A stretch of 64,000 nt of DNA, from positions 310,001-374,000 of the forward strand of contig NEEC01000010.1 in the NCBI GenBank assembly GCA_002189035.1, given 5' to 3'. The stretch comes from Utricularia gibba (Eukaryota > Plantae > Magnoliophyta). Below are positions 1-11,379 of the stretch, piece by piece. The notes beneath the pieces were generated by a model. It saw only the letters and a program-made list of their open reading frames with translations. It was not told the DNA's origin and searched no databases. Numbering within the stretch: position 1 is the stretch's first letter; every line of letters begins with the position of its first letter. The position numbers and the translations under genes are program-made.

Positions 1-1660
1 ATTGCCTTAGAGGCATCATAATGTTGCAGTCTATACTTCAAGTCTTGCACTATGAAACTTTGATCAAAATTTATGATCAATCCCAATTCATATGTAAGAG
101 ACTATGCCAATGCCTAATAGGGCTTTTTTAAAAAGGATCGGAAGTGTCTAGGTGTAGGTCTCAACCTTTCCTTGCTAACTAAGTGGGGGGGTGAAACTCG
201 CAATCCAAATATTCTCCCCATATTGGATAGTGTGTGATGGGCCTCATGAGTGTTATCAGGATTTTCTTCGTCGATAGCCTCATCAAGCTCATTGGCCTCA
301 TGCATCTCAATATTGTGCATTAATGCCTTTGTGGAGCCCTTTCTTTGTCGATGGCCTCATCAAACTAGTTGAGAATTCGATTTCATATGTACATTAGATG
401 GCATCATGTTAAAAAAACACTAATGTTCACCTGAAGATGTGAAAAGACAAGACGTTAAAAGGTCTTGATAGACCTTTTATAAGGGATGCCTAATCTAAAT
501 GGTGCCTCGGTATCTGAAATGGTTCAATCTAAATCCTAAATGATACTAACCAGGAAGCTAGTGTGAATGCATTACCACATGGATGCTCAACATTGGAGAA
601 AGTGAAACTCTTTATTGGGCTCTACCAAGTAAGGAGACCCTCTCTATCGAGTATAATCAAATATTTTTCCTTTTTGATGATCACTTTACGACAACAATTA
701 GTACAAGGCTTTTGTGTAAGACTTCTCATAAGTGAGCCTCCTAATTAGAATCGGAGGGAAAGAGGGATACTAATAACGATGATAAAGGATTTATGTTCTA
801 AGTCTCTTTCAAACTACCTTGAAGAGGAAAACTCCTAGCCATGGGTGATGTGTGGAAGTGAAGACCTTATTTGCACGTTGTTGGATACAACTCAAGAATT
901 AACATAGTGCAATACACTTAACTACTCCAAATCAATACCAAAGGAGTAATTTAGTCCAAGAGCATGACATTTTCCTAACCTACATCTCAATGAATTTGGT
1001 TGCATCATCAATCATGAGGTTATACCGTAGCATCACATTTGCTTGACCTCCTTCCTCTTTAAAAGTGATCCTCTCTAGTGTCTATACCACATGATCCACC
1101 TCATTGCCTAAGATATAGTATGTGAGCTTCCTCCTAGGTAATGTGGGACATCTAGTTCCCACTTGGCAGCCATTGGAACCGAGCTAACTTCAGTTATCAT
1201 TAGGGAGCCATGACCTCCACAAAGTTCTTTTGATGATGACACTTGCATTGTCTTTTTAGCTACCTTGGAGATAGTAGAGTCAAGGGATTGGGGACTGATA
1301 ACACATATTTTATTAGTGTTTTTAGGTTATAAAATTGAGATGTTTAATGATAAAATTAGGTATTTCAATTATTATTTTTAATATTTTGTTAATTATAGTA
1401 TTATTTGTATTTTTATGCATAATATAGACTAAATTGATGATTTAATCTATATTATGATTTCTAATTTTGTTCTAAGTGTTGTAGCAGCATTATGGATCAC
1501 ATTTAGCTAGTTTATAAACACAAGTCAATGAACACAAAACACAAGAAAGAGACATGATTGATATTTAACCGCCTGTAAACTATACGTTCAGGCCAAGAAC
1601 AATATGGGTGTTAGGAACAGTAATCGAATTGGAAAACGAGAGTGGAAGATATTTTTGAAG

Positions 1661-1780
1661 AGAGAGAGGAAGGAGGAGAACAAGACCAAACGCTAGGAGG
1701 GTGAGGAAGAACACGAAGGAAGAGAGAGGAAGGAGGAGAACAAGATCAAACACTAGGAGGGTGAGGAGGAACACGAAGGA
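1661..1780 (+). repeat. Two tandem 60-bp purine-rich units inside the element D LTR
   Basis: 1661-1720 and 1721-1780 differ at only about 3 positions (AGAGAGAGGAAGGAGGAGAACAAGA.CAAAC.CTAGGAGGGTGAGGA.GAACACGAAGGA). Confidence 0.95.
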
Positions 1781-2580
1781 AGGAGAAGAAGAAGATTTTT
1801 CAGAATAAAAATTTTCAATGTGAAGAAAAATCTCTTATAGTAGCATATAGGAATCAAAACTCTTTCTACTTTGTTTTTAGTTTGGTGGATATTTTAGTTT
1901 CTATGACTGATTTTGTGTTCCTGATGTTTTCATTAGTTTACATTTATGAAATCATGCTATGTTTATTGTGGCATGTCGTTTCCTCAACAAATTTTAAATA
2001 TATAAAACGTAAAACACAAAAGAGCGTAGTACGAGTATCGATCTCAAGGAGTTTTCTTTCGTGAAAAGTGTTTTGTAAGAAACTTCTACAAAATGTCACG
2101 GTTTTGTAAAAGGGGATTTGTGAAATGAAGAAATGAAAGATACAACCTAAGTGATGGGCCTTGACTATAGGATGAAATTCCTGGGAATGAGATTCCATCT
2201 CCTTCCTTTGTCCATCCTTGGCTTGGTTTTCACTGATTTCTTCCGAATAGCTAGTTATAGGAGCAAGGAATAGCTACTCTCCCTTACACTCTGATTGACA
2301 AGGAGGCACGGGAATAGCCTCATGTGATTCCCCCTTGGATGATTAAGAAGACAAGAAGATTGCCTTCGATTGCCTTCCAAACCGAATTGCGCGAGTGTGC
2401 CCAACTGTTGCCAATGGCCAGTGGCAGGTCCGAGGTCACAATCTGTCCACTGTCGTGGTACCTAGGCAACAAACAATCTGCTACTTCCATCAAACCGGTA
2501 GGGTCGGAGTTGGTGCTCTTCACCTTGATCTTTAACAAAATCCGCAAGGAGTGTCCTGTTGCTCATGGACCTTGACTAGG

Positions 2581-3756
2581 TGACAACACATATTTTTGAG
2601 TGATTGAGTGCATGGAAATTACTCATATTGTGCTACAAAAATCAGATTTTACTGCCAAGTTCTATATTTTTGCGCAAAGTACCATAGTTATGTTATTTTA
2701 GTCTTAGTTGGGACTAATTCTACGATTTAGTCCCAACCTTCTAATGGTCTTCTTTGAGCAATGCAGTATAGGTCGCAACATAAATCCCAAGGAGCCGTAT
2801 ATGAACAGTGTAGTGGCAGAAAAGGTGGCATAAGTCTGAAAAAGAGTACACACAAAGTCTAAGGAGATGAAAAAGTGAGATTTTGGACAAAAAGGGAGGG
2901 AAGATAAGAGAGAAGACAGATCTCCCATTGGAGACTCACGACAAGTTTCTCAAGATTTTTCTGGAGGAAGAAGAAGGAAGGGAACGAAGAACCAGAAGAA
3001 CACAGCTTCTCTTTGAAGATTTATTTTTGTTTTTGATGCTTACTGTTCCTAGCTAAGACAAGATTTGGATTTTCTACATGAACAAATTGTCTTTTCTACT
3101 TCTGCTATATATTGCTCATTGTTGTTTAGCTTTGAAACAAGGATGTTGCTTAAGATATGCTATGAAAACGTTTTCCTTTACCTTGTCACGAGTGGCTAAG
3201 CACTTAGGGGTGCCTGGGGGTGAAAAGGGGAGAAATATGCTAATCAATTCTTAAACCTAATAAACCATAAGTCACACCACTTCCTTAACAAACTAGGATA
3301 GATCCAGGAGGGGGAAGTAATGAAACCCAACTTAACAACCCTAATTAGAGGTAGACCAAAGATTAGAAGTAGTGAATCCGGGTAGACCTAGATCTTGTGA
3401 GTTAGTTGTATGATTTATGATTTATGATTTATGTGAGCTTGTTTAGTGATAGGCATACATTCCTTAGGAGTCCCAAGGCATCACCCATTCTATTCCAAAA
3501 ACTACTGAATTCCAAAACTTGTTGCTTTTCCTTACTGCATTCCATCGTAGTTCTGTCTTATTCCAAGCTAAGACCAATTTTACCAACGTGACACTGATTT
3601 CATGCATTAACTTTCATATAGCAAGCACCTGCTCTTTGTGTTCGACCCTGATCACTATGCTCATAATTGTTTTATGCTAGAATGTGTATTAGGTTATAAA
3701 TTTATTTGATAGGAGAAATTTGCATTTAACAACATTGCATAATTTTTTTTCTATCA
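2581..3756 (+). mobile_element. Solo LTR, family A copy 1, inserted in the 3' LTR of B
   Basis: TGACAACACATATTTTTGAG...CTATCA; perfect TSD CTAGG (2576-2580, 3757-3761); homologous to 24416-25556 and 49279-50449. Confidence 0.93.
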
Positions 3757-4887
3757 CTAGGAGTCGTTACAGAAAAATTGCAACAAGACGCGTAGAAGTA
3801 TGCAGAATCCGAAATGAATTCAACGAAGAACCGAGTGTATTGCTCAAGACTTGGAAGGAAACTTCATCTTCTCCCAAAAACTAAAAGGTTTTAGCCATAA
3901 AAGGCCATGATTAACGAAACGAAATTGGAAACTAAATGTTCTTCCTCCTTGAGGGAGGAAGAACTCAAAAGTTCTAAGTCTAGAAAGGAAATGGCAAAAG
4001 TCCAAAACTAAGTCTTCTGATGACACACATTTTTCCTAAATTTTAAAATACAAAATGGTTATATTTTATTATGGTTTAGGTTAAATAAATGTGATTTTTC
4101 ATGATTTAGTGGTGTTTATGTTAATCCTAGCTGATTATGTTGAAAAGTGGACAGGATTTAGTCCACAACTCTTGTTATTGATTTCTCAGTAAGTTCAGCA
4201 GGAAGATGAGCCGAAAATCAGACTTGTAAGCGTGTAAAACAAGCGAAAAAGAGCGCAAAATCAAGAGAAGGATAAAGAGCACTGTTCTGCCGCCACCGCA
4301 GTCTGCAAGTTCAGGCCGGGAACAGTGTTGGCGGTCAGGAATAGTACTGGTGGCCAGCAACAGTGCAATGGAGTGGTCTTCTTCCCCAACGCAAGGGGTC
4401 TTCTTCCCCAATGCAAAAAACCAACCAGAAGGGGGACAAAATGCCTTCATCACCAAGAATAGCACTGGAGCCTAGTCTAGCTCTATTGTTCCGGGCTGTG
4501 CACAGTAGCAACCGGGCAAAAGAACAATCTTTATTTGCTTTCAATTTTCTGAACATTTCGAGTTTCTGCATTTGACTTGTTTACAATGTTTCTACCATTT
4601 TGACCAACTTGTATGAATGAAATCGTGTTTTATTTCCCAAGCAAGAGTGGCTAGAGTGTTAGGGATGCCTTAAGTTGAAGTGGGTGGTGTGTGCTTAGGG
4701 TTGATGATGAAATTTATGTGTGTTCCTTAACTCTTGTTTCTAACAAACCATGGATAGACCTAAGGAGGGAAACAAGTAGTTTCACAACTTAGATGCTTGG
4801 TTTAGAGGTAGACCAACAAACCAACACGTGAGCAGTCGGTGTTAGTCCAGGGTAGAACCAAGGAGGGAAAATTCCCGTTTATCGAAT

Positions 4888-4905
4888 TGGCGCCGTTGCC
4901 GGGGA
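4888..4905 (+). promoter_or_regulatory. Primer-binding site (tRNA-Asp type, typical of Athila) of element C
   Basis: TGGCGCCGTTGCCGGGGA lies 3 nt after the 5' LTR end; complementary to the 3' end of plant tRNA-Asp. Confidence 0.9.
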
Positions 4906-4955
4906 GCGGTGTTCAATTGTTTTGTGTTTTTAGTTGATGCATTTGTGTTCCTTTA

Positions 4956-6300
4956 GTGCAGGGAATTTCGATTTCAATCTTGAGGTCGAGAGAGCTGCTT
5001 GAGGGAACCGCAAAAAAATCAAGGGAGGTGGTCATGTGTGAGGAAAATGCTGATCACACTTACAAGGGATTGTGTATCAATTTTCCAGATGATGCAGCAA
5101 TTGAACTCAAATCGGCCATGATTAATTTTTTGCCAAAGTTTTATGAGAAGGCTGGAGAAAATCCACATGAGCACTTGGATAATATTACAGCAGTTTGTAC
5201 ATCATTTAAAAGTGTTGGAGTGATGGAAGAAGCAATTTTTTTGAGGGCATTTCAATTTACTTTGGAAGGAGCAAGGATGTGGTTTAATTCCTTGAAGCCA
5301 AAAAGCATATCAAATTGGACTGACATGAAGAAAGCATTCTTGAGCAAATATTTTCCTGCCTCTAAAGCTGAAGAAATTAGAAAGAAAATCAGTGACATTG
5401 AGCAAATGAATGGGGAGTCACTTCATGAGTATTGGGAGAGGTTTGATCAATTGCTTGGATCTAGTCCTCACCATGGTTTTCAATCTGCTTCCTTGGTCAA
5501 ATATTTTTATGATGGATTAATGTACACTGATAGATCCATGGTTGATTCAGCATCAGGGGGGTTCTTGAGAAAAAAGACACCAACCGAAGCTCTTTCTTTG
5601 TTTGAGGAGTTGGCTGAGCATTCTAGGCATATTATTAGAAAGTAGGCCTCAAACAAGAGAGTATATGAAGTGGAGAGTAAGCCCAGGGTTTCAGAGATTG
5701 AACTCACGAAAAATGTTGCTGCTATGTCAGAAATGATGAAGGAGCTATTCTTATTTCAGGCCAAGAACATGCCGTGCGGAAACTGTCACAGAATAGGGCA
5801 TGTTGCGGAAAAGTGCCCAAATTTATTTGAAGAAGAGCATGTCAAGGCTATGGAATATTTGGAGCCCCAGCAGAGGAAGAAATATGATCCATATTCAAAT
5901 ACTTACTACCCAAGCTGGAGGGATCATCCAAATTTTCATTGGAGCAACAATGAAAATTCTTTTAAGGGAGAGAGCTCAACAATGGGGCAGCAAAATTTTC
6001 AGGAGCAAAGATCATATCAGGTACCTTGATTTCAAAGACAAACCCAGCAAAGCCAGCAGTAGTTTCAAGGCTCAAATGAAGGCAATGCTGGAGGGAGTGC
6101 TGGAAACTCTTTGGAAGAAATGATGAAAATGTTCATGGTGCAATCAACAAGAATTGAAGATGAAAATAGAAAATCTATGAAGAATTTGGAGACTCAATTG
6201 AGTCAATTGACTCTAGAGCTTGAGGAATTGAAAAGGAAAGAGAAACCAGCAGCATCATGTTCAAATTCTATGGAAGATTAAATTGCAGTGCTATGACATT
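4956..6300 (+). pseudogene. Retrotransposon gag of element C (one in-frame TAG at 5643-5645, later frameshifts)
   Basis: ORF 4956-5645 has Retrotrans_gag-like motifs (GENPHEHL, FLRAFQFTL.GARMWF, ESLHEYWERF). ORF 5670-6029 is in the same frame with a CGNCHRIGHVAEKC knuckle. Element E has Q where C has the stop. Confidence 0.88.
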
Positions 6301-6400
6301 GAGGAACAACAAGGAGAAACCCGATAGAGACTTAGTCTGATCTAAGACTAAGATAGACGAGAAGCAGGAATTCAGTGTTGCGGTTGGAGACAAGGAAGAA

Positions 6401-7752
6401 GTGGTGGTTCTTCGGGAACCTCATAAAGTGAAGATCATTCGACCTCCATTTCATAAAAAGTTGAAGACAAAAGAAGATCAAGATGAAAAGGAGAAAATTT
6501 TGAAGATCTTGGGTAATGCTCAATTTAATTTGACTATTTTGGACTATATTTCTATGGTGCTAAAAAGTGTGAAATATTTGAAGAACCTTTGTATGTCCAA
6601 ACCCAAGATGAAGGAAAAAGGAAAGATATTTCTAAGTGAGAGTTGTTCAACACTACTCACTCAAAAGCTTCCTGAAAAATGGAAGGATCTGGGTACATTT
6701 TTCATTCCTTGCAAAATTGGAGATTTGAATATCAGGAGAGCCATGGCTGATTTAGGGCTTCTATTAATGTGATGTCATATTCAGTTTATGAAGCTGTTAG
6801 ATTGGGACCCTTGAAAGCATCCGGAGTGTAAATTGAATTGGTCGATCAAAGTGTCATTTCTCCCAAAGGTTTGGTAGAAGATGTTCTAATTCGAATTGAG
6901 GATCTGATATTTCCAGGTGATTTACAATCAATATGCCTACTGGAGGATCAAAGGACACTACCATAATTTTGGGAAGACCATTTTTGAGTACATCCAATGC
7001 TATTATCAATGTGAAGATGAGGACAATTGAGATGTCTCTTGATGAAGAAAAGATCACACTTCATATGAAGGATGTTATAAACTCACCAAGTGATTTTGAA
7101 GGAGTTTCTTCTATGGAGCCAACCGAAAAATTTGTTGAAGAATACTTGAAGGAAGAAATTGATAAAGAGGGAAAAGAATATGAAGAATTATTTATTGAGA
7201 ATGCAAACATTGAGACAAAGCTGGAGTATTTGAGTGCTCTTGGAGGTGAACAAGAAGTGAAAGTCTCGAATGTAAAGCTTTTGGATGCTCACATGCATCA
7301 CATTTCGATGGATGATAAGCATGGAGATTCTGTAATTCTTTTTGATGGTCTCAACTTGGATCAAGAGACAACCTTGTTCGAGGAATTCATCTAGAATCCA
7401 AAAGAAATTTTGGATAATATTGTGGGGACAAATGTTTTTGTCAATAATTCTGGGAAACTCAACAGGATTAAAGATTGCCTAATTGCAGAAGCGTTTCCCA
7501 GCGAACAACTATTCTCAGGTAAGAATACAAACTGGGAATGAGGTTCTACTGATATTGTTCATTTTATTACTGCAGGAATGATGCCAGTTGGAAATGAATG
7601 CTGAAAAATGTGACCTTTGGGATGATCCATATTGGTGGAGGAGATGCAAGGATGGAGTCTTTGAAATGTTGAACAATTCTTATGAAACTTTTGAAAATGG
7701 GGCTCATAATTCTACTGATGATACTATATTTGAAGATACAGCAAAAACGTAG
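6401..7752 (+). pseudogene. Aspartic protease region plus collapsed pol remnant of element C
   Basis: Motifs KDLGTFFIPCKIG, AMADLG and IILGRPFL, then an acidic linker and WDDPYWWRRCKD. Ends at TAG 7750-7752, followed by the Athila-type GTCGAG...GGGAGGCAACCC non-coding motif. No YxDD or integrase core seen. Confidence 0.82.
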
Positions 7753-10700
7753 CCTCAAATATAGTCGAGTCCAAGACTAAAAACAGGGGGGCGCTTGTGG
7801 GAGGCAACCCATAGCTAAGTTTATTTCATCATTTTATTTTCAGTATTTAGATTAATTTTAGTTGATAAGGTTTCATGTGCTTTTGTTCCATTTTGTTTTG
7901 ATTGGAATTGGGTTCAAGTGTGCTGGAAATCATGTTTTACTTTTCTGAGAAATTGTGCTAATCAATGTTTATGACTTTCATGTTTAAATTAGCACAACAT
8001 GGTTGCTGTCAGGTTGCTACAATTCTTGCAAATATGTTGACGGAGTTTATGATTTGGACTTTTTTTTATGTTGGCATGAGGATCAAGCTTTAATGCTTAA
8101 TTTATGAGAAACTAATGAACCAACAAGGTAAAGGGAAATAGATTTGTCTCAGAAAAATTGCAGGAATCTGTGAAAGTGCACGAGTGGTAAAGTAGGAAAA
8201 TCATGTTTCAACTCCTTTTGTGCTATTTGAAGAACCTTGAAATGATATGCGATAAAGTGGCTATTTGATTCAAGAAAGAAGAGACTGAAATAGGGAGTGA
8301 ATGACTCCTCCCTACACAAGTAACTTGCTGCTTCGTTTAATTTGATTTTAGGTTGATTTTGGTATCATGTTTATCTCTAGGAAAGGTCGTATTTGTTAGT
8401 CTATGCTAGGAGTTATTTGTCTGTTTTTGTATATTGTGTTTTTACTTAATACTCCAAATCTTGTTTCGAATAATTCAATGATGGGATATGATAGCCTTGT
8501 GATGATTAGGATGCATGAGCTTTGTTTGAAGCCTTTTGAAGCCTTGTGAGCATGAATCTCAATTATTTTCCTATGTGAGTGCAAGCATGATTAGAGGAAC
8601 CTAAAGAGTGCAATCTAGATTTGTTTGCATGAGTTGATATATTTCATTGCTGCAAGGATTAGTGATTGCTGATGAACAAAAAAAAAAGAAAAAAAAAAGA
8701 GAATAAGGGTCAAGAAAAGCAGCATCATTTGAAAAGCGATGAGACCTGAGTCTAAAAAGCAACACACAATTGAAAAGCGTGTGTAGACCATTGAGAAGTG
8801 AATGAATAAGCAGGGATGAATTCCTTTAGAGGAGTGGAAGTAGACTTGGAATTATAAGGTGAGAGTGCTTGGCCAACACTCTTTGTATTCAGATAGGTCT
8901 TGGAATTATGCCTAGATTGATTATGAAATATTTGTTCATTCACTATCTCATATATAAGAAAAAAAAAAGAGGGATAGATGCAAGAAACGAAAAAAAAAAA
9001 CCTACTGAGTTGACAATCACAATTTTTTGCTTGCTTTGAATTTGTTAATTCATTGTTTTAATTTTTGAAAGCACTCTCCAAGAAGAATCTATTCATGCAT
9101 GCTGGAGTGTTACCTATTTTGCACACAAGCACACCAATGGTTCATGCATCTGAAATCTGAACATGGTCATTCATGTCTATCATGAAGAATTTCGAAAACA
9201 TGATTTTATTAGTCTTAGTTTGGATTTGAGGACAAGTCTGGTGTTGTTGTAGCATAGTGTGATGACACACATTTTTCCTAAATTTCAAACTGCAAAATGG
9301 TTATATTTTATTATGGTTTAGGTTAGATAAATATGATTTTTCATGTTTTAGTGGTGTTTATGTTAATCTCATGTGATTATGTGAAAAGTGGACTAAATCC
9401 TTTGATTTAGTCCACAACTTTTGTTACTAATGTTTCACTAAGTTCAATAGGGAAATCACTCGAAAATCAGACTTGCAAGCATGTGAAGCAAGGGAAAAAG
9501 GGCGCAAAATCCGGAGAAGGACAAAGAGCACTGTTCTGCTGCCACCGCAATTTGCAATTTCAGGCCAGGAACAGTGCTGGCGGCCAAGAGCAGTATTGGC
9601 AGTCAGAAACAAGGCAATGGAGTGAAGTAAAAGAGAAAATTATTTTGAAAAGGAAGTGGAGCAAAAAAATAGCAGGGGGGGCGCAAGGGGTCTTCTTCCC
9701 CAACGGAAAAAACACAAACCAGAAGGGGGAAGGAAGGCCTTCATCACCAAGAGTAGCACCGGAGTCCAGTTCAGCGCTACTATTCCTGGCTGTGAACAGT
9801 AGCTAACGAGCGGAAGAACAATCCTTAATTACTTTATGTTTTTTGAACATTTCAAGTTTTTGCATTTTACTTGTTTACAATGTTTCTGCCATTTTGGCCA
9901 ACTTATATGAATGAAATCGTGTTTTATTTCCTAAGCATGAGTGGCTAGAGTCTTAGGGATGCCTTAAGGTGAAGTGGTGTGGTGTGTGCTTAGGTTTGAT
10001 GATGAAATTTATGTGTATTCCTTAAATCTTGTTTCTAACAAACCATGGGTAGACCTAAGGAGGAAAGCAAGTACTTTCACAACTTAGATGCTTGGTTTAA
10101 AGGTAGACCAACAAACCAAGATGGGAGCAGTCGGTGTTAGTATAGGGTAGAACCAGTAGAACAGGGTAGACCTAGTTCTATATGCCTTGCATGCGGGTAG
10201 ACCTAATTGCAATGTGGGTTATGACATTGGGGACTAACTTAAGCCAAAAATATGATGAATGACCTTGGTAGACTTAGGTTATTTGAAGTTGTGAGTGTAG
10301 GAAGATAATAAATTGAGTTAGGAAGCTTAGCATAACACCACTCGCAGACCCTTAAGGCGTCCTCGTATTAGTCTGAGTCAAAACCAGTACCTATTACTTT
10401 AGCATAGAAACCTGACATTGCTTACCTACCTTGTTTACTGAACTTATTTACCACTATTAGCCCGAGCTTAAACTAAGACCTACTGTTATCCGAAATCATG
10501 CATTTACTAAAACACTTAGCAAGCACAAGCTCTTCATAATCGACCCCGATATCCACTATACAAGTTTTCTAAATTTGTATTTTGTGTAGATTAGGGATTA
10601 TAAATTTATTTGATAACGGATTTTCTATTTTTATTGCAACGATATTAGGAAATTTCCGTTTATCATCTTCCAAGTTGCTTTTATATCACTCCCCATGTGC

Positions 10701-11379
10701 ATTAACTCATTTGGGTCCCCTTCCCATCATTCCTTCTGTCTTGCGTGCGCCATCAGCTTTCCTTTGCGTGCAAGTTAGCACCCAATCATTGTTGCAAACT
10801 CTAACATGCCGTAAGTCAGGGGCCTTGACCAGTGTCAATCTTTCGCCCACAATTTTTTCAAGTTGCGTACAAGGCACGAAAAGTCAAAGTTTGACTCCTA
10901 CAACACTGCACGACAGTCTCCTGACATGTCTCGGTCAAAGAAAACGAAAAAAGACAAAAAATATATACAAAATAAGAAAATAAGATTTTTCTAAGGAAAA
11001 TCAATTACTTATCAATATAATTCCTAATTGGACAACTTAATACATAATTAACACATAATAATACCTAATGAATAATTAGAAAATGACACTTAACATATTC
11101 CCCACATGTTAGAATTCATGAACTTAAGTATAATCAATCCTAGAAATTCTAGCCTTATTCATGGAAGCAAATGTACTTGAGGAGCATAGTGGGGATTTTG
11201 AGAACCAAAAACAAAAGAAAAACAAAACATGAAGCACGAAAACAGAAAAAAATTCAACACAGTGACACATAAGTCCTAATGCCCAGAAAATACTAAAAAA
11301 TAAAAAGAAACTTAAAATCCTCCCCCACACTTATTTTTGAGGATGTCCTCATCATCAAGTGCATCAGATGTTACTTTAG

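Larger units (their letters stand above)
4018..10665 (+). mobile_element. Element C: non-autonomous Athila-type LTR element (gag + aspartic protease, no RT/RNase H/integrase core), nested in the 3' LTR of B
   Basis: LTRs 4018-4884 and 9260-10665 both start TGATGACACACATTTTTCC; perfect TSD TCTTC (4013-4017, 10666-10670); host LTR continues on both sides; PBS at 4888-4905. Confidence 0.94.

Noticed and set aside
1-1295. Possible decayed coding remnant with a short internal repeat (about 265-290 and 343-366)
   Set aside because: No convincing domain could be read; only a 6-residue echo of the 21-22 kb ORF. Not enough to annotate as a feature.
1580-1774. Leu/Phe-rich repetitive ORF resembling a membrane peptide
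   Set aside because: It is the antisense translation of the 60-bp purine-rich tandem repeat within an LTR.
1661-1780. Regularly spaced repeats as a possible CRISPR-like array
   Set aside because: Only two contiguous units with no unique spacers, in eukaryotic LTR DNA.
10582-10983. 133-aa ORF repeated as 18503-18847
   Set aside because: Both lie in the two LTRs of the same element (B), so the similarity is expected and gives no evidence of coding.
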